Source: Candidatus Hermodarchaeota archaeon (GTDB lineage: Archaea; Asgardarchaeota; Heimdallarchaeia; Hodarchaeales; Hodarchaeaceae). Taken from it: 32,000 nucleotides of DNA. Position numbers and translations under genes: made by a program. The notes beneath the pieces are model-generated. The model worked only from the letters and a program-made list of their open reading frames with translations. It made no database searches and had not been told where the DNA came from. The stretch spans positions 284,046 to 316,045 of the forward strand of contig JBHLKY010000001.1 in the NCBI GenBank assembly GCA_048886185.1, given 5' to 3'. Shown piece after piece: positions 9,014 through 14,964 of this stretch (within the stretch, counting starts at the first letter, position 1; every line of letters begins with the position of its first letter).

Positions 9014-10168
9014 TTAGCCCCATCGGTTATTTAGAAGATTTTCCTGAAACATTTTAATTAATTTCTCGTAATTCTTCCCAGAAAGACGATACATCTTTTT
9101 TGTTGAGATAGGTTTATTACATCGGGAACAAATATCTGCAACACTAAGCCATTTTTCTAACTCAAGCGAATGAGCTGGATGACCACAATGAGGACAGATG
9201 ACTACTTTCTTATCTGGTTCAGTGGGAAATCCATAACAAAAAATACATCGAAAGTCATCATGAGATAAATGTTGGCCAGAGGGAATAAGCTTAGTAATGA
9301 TAGCTGGATTTAGTCTGTCGATACGAGTAACTGTTCTCCCTGTTTGTATTCCTGGAGCTACTGTAACAGAGTTGATACTTTCGGATCGTGGTGTTCTAGA
9401 CATTTGGGGTACTGATCTTGGTTGTAATAGGCTTGCTTGATTCGTTCTTGGTTGGCTATTTGCATTGCGAGGACTAACTGAGGATGTTCTATTAACAATA
9501 AAAGATCTCCCTAATGTTTGTTGAGGTAAACGATTAACAGTCACACGACGGATTGGAACAAGAACAACCTTAAGTATATAATATTGGATCAGAAAAATAA
9601 TACTAACACTAACAAAACATAATCCACTAAATTCAATAATCCTAGTTTGGATCCAAAAAAAAGCTAAACTTAAAATTATACAGAGATTATACAGAATGAC
9701 AATTTTGTTGGGAACCTTCCTTCTAAAGATAAAAATTGATGGATACCTGTTTGAATAATACTTTTGGAGGAGAAATAGGAGAAATATAAAGAATGGTAAC
9801 ACAAAAATAATACTAAATATGTTTAGAAAAACAAAATAATTTCCACCATTAATAAACTCAATGTCGAGAGAGATTTCGAAGAAAGATGATCGTAGAAAAT
9901 CATTTTCTCCTAAAGACGCTGTATGAGCTATCAATGTTCCCCCATATGCGATTAACGACGGGATTCCAATAAAGATTCCCGAGGCAATTGGAGCATTATA
10001 ATGCTGGAAATATCGCCATTCCTCAAGAAATTTTAAAATCAAAATTGCAGTTAAAGTAATATAAGCAATTGTAAGAGCAGTTTCTATTGGTTGATCAGTG
10101 AGTAATGTTAATAGCGTAAAAACAAACCCGACGACACAGATAGAAAGATATACATTACGCCCGACCAA
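9014..10168 (-). CDS. Membrane-anchored RING-H2-like putative E3 ligase (about 6 TM, disordered linker, C-terminal RING variant)
   Basis: TTG start with GAGGT upstream; TM segments within aa 5-204; C308-x2-C311...C325PHC328GH330PAH333SLE336LEKW340...C347-x2-C350; operon position after JAB/E2/E1. Confidence 0.85.
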   Translation of the reverse strand: MVGRNVYLSICVVGFVFTLLTLLTDQPIETALTIAYITLTAILILKFLEEWRYFQHYNAPIASGIFIGIPSLIAYGGTLIAHTASLGENDFLRSSFFEISLDIEFINGGNYFVFLNIFSIIFVLPFFIFLLFLLQKYYSNRYPSIFIFRRKVPNKIVILYNLCIILSLAFFWIQTRIIEFSGLCFVSVSIIFLIQYYILKVVLVPIRRVTVNRLPQQTLGRSFIVNRTSSVSPRNANSQPRTNQASLLQPRSVPQMSRTPRSESINSVTVAPGIQTGRTVTRIDRLNPAIITKLIPSGQHLSHDDFRCIFCYGFPTEPDKKVVICPHCGHPAHSLELEKWLSVADICSRCNKPISTKKMYRLSGKNYEKLIKMFQENLLNNRWG

Positions 10169-10186
10169 ATACTTTTCGACCTCGAG

Positions 10187-11107
10187 TTAATTCTCATGAT
10201 CATATTCTAAAAACATACTACCATTTTTCTCTGCTAGTGGAAGAAGGGTATTCATCATCTCAGGAAGGCTCTCTAGAGGGCAATTAAGGACTTGGTAGGG
10301 TGGTTCTTCCCAGGTTTGCAAATCCTCTTTTAAACGGAATATTTTAAAGCCATATGAACGTTTAGATATTTTTGTTGGATCAATAACTAAAGCAATAGGT
10401 GCTGTTAACTGGGAGTCTTTCGTCCTTCCAAGTTTTTGGTAGCGAACTTGAGTCTCAAAATCGGTTTGACTCATGAATACTCCATATGATGGGTGACTAT
10501 GATACCAACCAAGAATAAGCTGATCATGGGTTTTCATTTTTATTTCATTATACACTCTGACCATGGATTGAGGATCTTGGATTTGTGCATTTACCTCAGT
10601 GCCATGACCAATTGGATAGGCATCCTCGACATTTAAACATGCTAATGGAGTATCTTTTTGTTCAATTTGTCCCGTTAAAAGCCCGATTACCTCAATCCAT
10701 TTACTTTGGGGTGTATTCGGATTTGCGTACTTTAAAGCATGTAAAGCAAGCTTTATGTAAGCTTTAAGATGAATTTTAACACGAGAAGGCTTCGAGTCGG
10801 GATCTAGGTCATCAAGATTTAAGTCAACAGATTCTGTGTTTTCTTCTCGATTTTGATTCATATTATGATTTTCATCCTTATTGAGATTCTCTGATCCGTT
10901 GGTAAAAAGCTTCTCTGTTTTTGTTTTTAATTGGGAAGGTTTAAACTGTATTTGCTTACTTAATGGATTCCAAGTATAATTATCAGGCGGGAGAGTAATG
11001 AAAGGAAATTTTAACGTAAATGATAAAGTTTGAGGGTCAAATGTTAATGAAAGATCCCGTAGTAGTAATTCGAAAACATTTTTGGGAATTTTATTATTAT
11101 TAGGCAT
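10187..11107 (-). CDS. JAB1/MPN+ (JAMM) metalloprotease, Rpn11/CSN5-like deubiquitylase or Ubl maturase, with about 110-aa N-terminal extension
   Basis: RVKIHLKAYIKLALHA...EVIGLLTG and LGWYHSHPSYGVFMSQTD (E...HxHx7Sx2D intact), IALVIDP. Confidence 0.93.
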   Translation of the reverse strand: MPNNNKIPKNVFELLLRDLSLTFDPQTLSFTLKFPFITLPPDNYTWNPLSKQIQFKPSQLKTKTEKLFTNGSENLNKDENHNMNQNREENTESVDLNLDDLDPDSKPSRVKIHLKAYIKLALHALKYANPNTPQSKWIEVIGLLTGQIEQKDTPLACLNVEDAYPIGHGTEVNAQIQDPQSMVRVYNEIKMKTHDQLILGWYHSHPSYGVFMSQTDFETQVRYQKLGRTKDSQLTAPIALVIDPTKISKRSYGFKIFRLKEDLQTWEEPPYQVLNCPLESLPEMMNTLLPLAEKNGSMFLEYDHEN

Positions 11108-11136
11108 TTTTCTAGCAACGCTCTATGTTTAGATTT

Positions 11137-11664
11137 TTACCATTTTTCAGAAGCATATTTCTTAGTAATTTTATGGGCTTTTTTCAAGAAATTCTTGCGA
11201 TCACTAAGATATTCTTGAGCTGCTTTCTTATTGAAAACATCATGAGGATTAGTATACGCTGTGTCAATGTTGAACATTGCTAAAATCGAATAAATTATTG
11301 TACTAATGTTTTTTGAAGGAGACCAACCGTCTGGTCTTCCCACAAGGTCGGGGTCAACAAGAGCTAGGCATATATTCCGTTTTCCTTGATATTCGTCAGG
11401 TTTTGGCCAGAAATTTGGATGCCAAATTGGAGTATGTAATCGGACAAAAGGGGGGGAATATGGGTAGTTTGATCCAAACTTAATTTCTAGTTTGAATTTG
11501 CCCTTTTCATAAGGGGTTCCTTTCGGTCCCTCAAGAAGAATTGCTAAGTGTTCTACGCTTTTTTTTCCGCCTGGAAAGGCCTTTAGCTGCTTAATGGTTT
11601 TTTGTTTGTATAATTTTTTTAGTTGTTTATAATCATCAGCGATTCGTTTAAGTCTGATAGACAT
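11137..11664 (-). CDS. Ubiquitin-conjugating enzyme E2 (UBC fold)
   Basis: RLKRIADD, GPKGTPYEKGKF, YPYSPP, HPN (82-84), catalytic C99, WSP, PHDVFNKKAA. Confidence 0.95.
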   Translation of the reverse strand: MSIRLKRIADDYKQLKKLYKQKTIKQLKAFPGGKKSVEHLAILLEGPKGTPYEKGKFKLEIKFGSNYPYSPPFVRLHTPIWHPNFWPKPDEYQGKRNICLALVDPDLVGRPDGWSPSKNISTIIYSILAMFNIDTAYTNPHDVFNKKAAQEYLSDRKNFLKKAHKITKKYASEKW

Positions 11665-11680
11665 TTCTCACACCTTTTTA

Positions 11681-12925
11681 TTACTCAATTTTCAATTTAA
11701 TATAGGATTGAGTGCCATCATCAAACCCCGTGACCAATATAGTCTCATAATCTCGGATTCCAGCTTCAAATATGCTCTGATTTGTATCAATTTCATTAAT
11801 ATCTGAATTATCTATACGAAAAACAATTGGAGGAAATTCTGGATCAATGGTGAGCTTTTTTTCTTCCGCTAATTTATTGATGATCTTTTGAATATTTGCC
11901 TTAGAATTCACTTTTATCCGATAGAGGGGGGAATGGTTATTACCACACATTGTACAATCTGGGTTCTTAGGTTTTTCAATTTCATAGAACTTCCCAGTCA
12001 AACCATTGTATATCACATAATTTAATTGAAGTGTTCCAAGTTTTCTTTTTTCTGGAGGTGTGTGGAGATGATGAAGAATTTTAACTGCTTCTTGTGATTG
12101 TAGAGATGCCATTACACAATTGATGGTGATAACTGTTGGCTCGTGATTATCTATTATTTGGATGATCTGATCAGTCGTAAACGGTTGTGAGCCGGGAAAA
12201 TATTGTTTAAGTAGATGATTCGCATATTCTCTAATGGTGTCAACTTCATCTTGTTTGAGAATGTTCACCGGCCGATTGTAATCCTGTTCAAATTTCAATT
12301 GGCCTTTGAGTATACAATGAGCTGGTCTACGGGGATTACCTACTAAAGTGCAAGCCCCTAGCTGATCTTGTTCTCGTTCTGTTAATGGATCACACTCTAA
12401 ACAAGCATTACTGAATGGCCAGACACAATAAACGTGTCCATTGAATGCTGCTGTACCAGCATCGATCAATGGCTTTCGATTATGAATAGCTCGCCTGTTT
12501 AATTCTGACCTTGCTTCTATTGAATCTAAGCCAGCGATGTAAAGATCAGCTTCATTATATAGATGGGGAGGTAGATCTTGAAGCGCGCAATTATGAGCCT
12601 CTACTTCAATGAAAGGATTCAATTCTTGTAAACGTTTAGCCGCATATTGTGCCTTAGATGTTCCCTCTGTGGCTCCGATGAACAGTACCTGGCGATTCAA
12701 ATTAGAATATTCAATTGTATCAAGATCCACCAGGATTAATCGGCCGACTCCGACCATTGCGAGGTTTTTTGCAACTTCCACACCGAGGCCACCAACGCCA
12801 ACAATAAGAACGGTACTTTTTTTAAGGATCTCTTGTTTCCATCCAGGTAAACGGAGTTGGCGATCAAAGCGACGCTTTTCTTCTTCAGTGAACAGGTTAC
12901 TGGTGAAACTTGATATTTTATTCAT
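11681..12925 (-). CDS. Ubiquitin-like activating enzyme E1 (ThiF adenylation domain, catalytic Cys insert, C-terminal ubiquitin-fold-like domain), UBA3/UBA2-like
   Basis: RFDRQ, VGVGGLG, DLDTIEYSNLNRQ, DAGT..FNG, Zn pairs CLEC and CTMC, ACTLVGNPRRPAHC with putative catalytic C192. Confidence 0.93.
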   Translation of the reverse strand: MNKISSFTSNLFTEEEKRRFDRQLRLPGWKQEILKKSTVLIVGVGGLGVEVAKNLAMVGVGRLILVDLDTIEYSNLNRQVLFIGATEGTSKAQYAAKRLQELNPFIEVEAHNCALQDLPPHLYNEADLYIAGLDSIEARSELNRRAIHNRKPLIDAGTAAFNGHVYCVWPFSNACLECDPLTEREQDQLGACTLVGNPRRPAHCILKGQLKFEQDYNRPVNILKQDEVDTIREYANHLLKQYFPGSQPFTTDQIIQIIDNHEPTVITINCVMASLQSQEAVKILHHLHTPPEKRKLGTLQLNYVIYNGLTGKFYEIEKPKNPDCTMCGNNHSPLYRIKVNSKANIQKIINKLAEEKKLTIDPEFPPIVFRIDNSDINEIDTNQSIFEAGIRDYETILVTGFDDGTQSYIKLKIE

Positions 12926-12938
12926 ATTTTTTCAACTA

Positions 12939-13301
12939 CTAATTTATTGATCCAGCTGTTGAAACTGGGATAATCAAACATTCAAGTCCATCTTCAATAT
13001 CATAATTCGAGAGAACATCATCTGCATCTAAGGTTCTTCCACTTATGGATATATGGAAGTCTTGTGGATCAAGACCGAAGATTCCTCCAAGCGTTTCTTT
13101 TAAATCTGAGACCCCCATCTCAGGATCGATTGTGAGTTTTTCAAGTTTCTCTCCAGGCCCAATTGTGGATCGAAAGAATAAACTAACGCGAGAATCTTTT
13201 GGGATTTTACTTGTAGGCACTTTTGTCGTCACTACAGGAGTTTCTGAGTTCTTCTTTTCTTCTTCAATTTCCAGGTCATCAAAATCTTCATTTTCAGACA
13301 T
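12939..13301 (-). CDS. Ubiquitin-like protein B: acidic N-terminal extension, beta-grasp core, ends STAG-SIN (putative pro-form)
   Basis: Start placed at ATG 13301 (GGAG upstream; MSENEDFDDL parallels Ubl-A). Core FHISISGRTLDADDVLSNYDIEDG aligns without gaps to ubiquitin residues 43-64. Confidence 0.9.
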   Translation of the reverse strand: MSENEDFDDLEIEEEKKNSETPVVTTKVPTSKIPKDSRVSLFFRSTIGPGEKLEKLTIDPEMGVSDLKETLGGIFGLDPQDFHISISGRTLDADDVLSNYDIEDGLECLIIPVSTAGSIN

Positions 13302-13477
13302 TAAGCAATTCTCCATTCTGATTAAAAGCATCCAAATTATCAATTCATCTTCAATATGAAAAACATTGTTTTTTGAATCTTCTTTTGTTTGCAAATAATC
13401 TTCTGAATACGTCAATTTAATTATTCCCTTTTATCTCATAGGTACAAAATTGATGTGATTTGATGATGGAAATTGAT

Positions 13478-13681
13478 TCAAATCAAAATCTCCCCTAAGA
13501 TAGACTCTTTTCCTGATTGAAGAAGCCAAAGATTAGCTTGAATATAATACTCAATTGACGCTAGTAACAAATTTAAATCGCTTTTGCAGTCTTTATGTTC
13601 GCTAAGAGCCCTTTTTGCTTTCTCTCGCTCAACCATGGCAAAAACAATTGTTTCAATAATACTAGCTCGAACCTCTTTCAA
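13478..13681 (-). CDS. Small hypothetical helical protein between the two Ubl genes
   Basis: 67-aa ORF with TTG start filling the gap between the Ubls on the operon strand; no clear family. Confidence 0.4.
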   Translation of the reverse strand: MKEVRASIIETIVFAMVEREKAKRALSEHKDCKSDLNLLLASIEYYIQANLWLLQSGKESILGEILI

Positions 13682-13701
13682 TAAAAAGCCATCCTGAGAA
13701 G

Positions 13702-13731
13702 ATAAAAAGAAGGGGAGTTCTTTCTTTTTAT
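13702..13731 (-). terminator. Hairpin/oligo-T terminator-like element after Ubl-A
   Basis: 10-bp inverted repeat ATAAAAAGAA...TTCTTTTTAT enclosing (minus strand) AGAACTCCCC; begins about 30 bp after the Ubl-A stop. Confidence 0.5.
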
Positions 13732-13760
13732 TCTAAAAAGTTGAATAATATGGAAAAAAC

Positions 13761-14108
13761 TCATCCAGCCGTACTGTGAGGGATCAAAAGAATTTCATCG
13801 CCGTTATCGACACCATAATCACCTAAAGGTGCTGACTCATCTAGAGTCCGACCGGCGTGGCTTAGATGAAAATCATCTGGATTTAACCCAAAGATGTTAG
13901 CCAAGGTGTCTCTGACGTCTCTAACAGGAGTGTTTTCTCCTACAGAAATTTTTTCAGTACGTTCAGGCCCAACGGTGGATTTGAAGAAAATATTCTTCTT
14001 AGGACCTGCAGATACTCCTGATACTGGAGTTTTCGATTGGGCGGGAGTTTTGGATTTAATTCTGGTTTTTTCTTCTAAATCAAAGTCCAAATCTTCAAAA
14101 TCTGACAT
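13761..14108 (-). CDS. Ubiquitin-like protein A: acidic N-terminal extension, beta-grasp core, mature C-terminus STAG
   Basis: AGGTGA ribosome-binding site before the ATG; FHLSHAGRTLDESAPLGDYGV matches ubiquitin [20 protein letters not shown]; ends GDEILLIPHSTAG*. Confidence 0.92.
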   Translation of the reverse strand: MSDFEDLDFDLEEKTRIKSKTPAQSKTPVSGVSAGPKKNIFFKSTVGPERTEKISVGENTPVRDVRDTLANIFGLNPDDFHLSHAGRTLDESAPLGDYGVDNGDEILLIPHSTAG

Positions 14109-14132
14109 TTTTTTATCACCTTATTCTTTTGT

Positions 14133-14161
14133 ATGAGTTTTATTTTGTATATGAAACTCAT
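14133..14161. promoter_or_regulatory. 8-bp inverted repeat in the probable 5' leader of the Ubl operon
   Basis: ATGAGTTT-(13 nt)-AAACTCAT. Confidence 0.45.
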
Positions 14162-14166
14162 GTAAG

Positions 14167-14209
14167 ATACGTACCTTACGTATTTATAAAACTTACGGAA
14201 TATACGTAA
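14167..14209. promoter_or_regulatory. Divergent promoter: TATA-like box flanked by two TACG-based palindromes (candidate operators)
   Basis: ATACGTA-cct-TACGTAT (14167-14183), TTTATAAAA (14183-14191), TTACG-gaatata-CGTAA (14193-14209). Confidence 0.65.
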
Positions 14210-14229
14210 CACCCGAAAAATATATAAGG

Positions 14230-14679
14230 GTGAAAGTAATATTTTCCATCAAAGAGATTATGAAAGAAGATGAGGTTGACTTATTGTCAGAAAGTGCCCA
14301 AAATACCAAAATTTCTAGTAAGGCGTGGGAACTTTTACGATGGGCAAAATTTGAGCTTGATGCAAAATCTTACAGTGATGTAATTGTTTTATTAAACAAG
14401 AAAATTAATAACCGGTCGAAAAGTATGGAAAAGGCATTAGAAAACTTCGATGAGGAACGACATAGGATCAAAGTAAAAACACCCGGTAATGATGAAGAAC
14501 AAAGCATTTTCTTAGAAAAACCTAAAACAATCTTATTAAGACCCGAAGCTCGAAAGATTCTCAATCGATTAAAATTAGAAAGCAATAAACCAGCATATAC
14601 ATTTTCGGATGGAATTGAATTTATAATAAAAGGAAATAAAGAAATCTGGAACGCTATTCCTGATCGTTTGAAGAAATAA
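14230..14679 (+). CDS. Putative tandem ribbon-helix-helix DNA-binding protein (two archaeal antitoxin/CopG-like RHH units)
   Basis: Unit 1 NTKISSKAWELLRWAK..DAKSYSDVIVLL; unit 2 KTILLRPEARKILNRLK..AYTFSDGIEFII; both fit the 'TI..S..A...L..LK...SFSDVI' pattern. GTG start at 14230 or ATG at 14260. Confidence 0.7.
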   Translation: MKVIFSIKEIMKEDEVDLLSESAQNTKISSKAWELLRWAKFELDAKSYSDVIVLLNKKINNRSKSMEKALENFDEERHRIKVKTPGNDEEQSIFLEKPKTILLRPEARKILNRLKLESNKPAYTFSDGIEFIIKGNKEIWNAIPDRLKK

Positions 14680-14708
14680 AAGGATTAATTTAATTGTGTG
14701 GTATTACC

Positions 14709-14915
14709 GTGTCAGAGACAGATTTAGAGGTCATTTTTGATTTAATTGCACGAAATCCCCCAATATTCGCAGTTATTGGTGGTATCAGCCTCGTTCTTCT
14801 TGGAGGAATACTAGAAATTGAAGCTCTGGTTTCTTCTGGTTGGAGTGCTCTGGTGACTGGCGCTTTTCTCCAAGTAGGCTGGATTGTAATGATAAACTCT
14901 AGAAGAAAACGTTGA
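14709..14915 (+). CDS. Small 2-TM membrane protein
   Basis: GTG start (MSETDLEV...), two hydrophobic helices, basic tail SRRKR; 29 bp downstream of the RHH gene on the same strand. Confidence 0.6.
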   Translation: MSETDLEVIFDLIARNPPIFAVIGGISLVLLGGILEIEALVSSGWSALVTGAFLQVGWIVMINSRRKR

Positions 14916-14964
14916 AAGTACAAATTTGACTGAGATCTCATCATATATTGTAGGAAAGAAATAA

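Noticed and set aside
13302-13415. 38-aa N-terminal extension of Ubl-B in the ORF track (158 aa)
   Set aside because: TTG start without a clear RBS; ATG 13301 has GGAG upstream and gives an N-terminus matching Ubl-A.
13728-13763. Selenocysteine or readthrough at the Ubl-A TGA
   Set aside because: No recognisable SECIS, the downstream frame is short and low-complexity, and stopping there gives the expected terminal Gly.
12939-14108. Calling the Ubls canonical ubiquitin, SAMP/MoaD sulfur carriers, or true UFM1
   Set aside because: No GG terminus, I44 and K48 absent; the core resembles ubiquitin more than UFM1, and the E2/RING/JAMM context argues against sulfur transfer. Left as unnamed Ubls.
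14690-14944. 84-aa minus-strand ORF
   Set aside because: Overlaps the plus-strand 2-TM ORF, which has a more convincing membrane-protein pattern.
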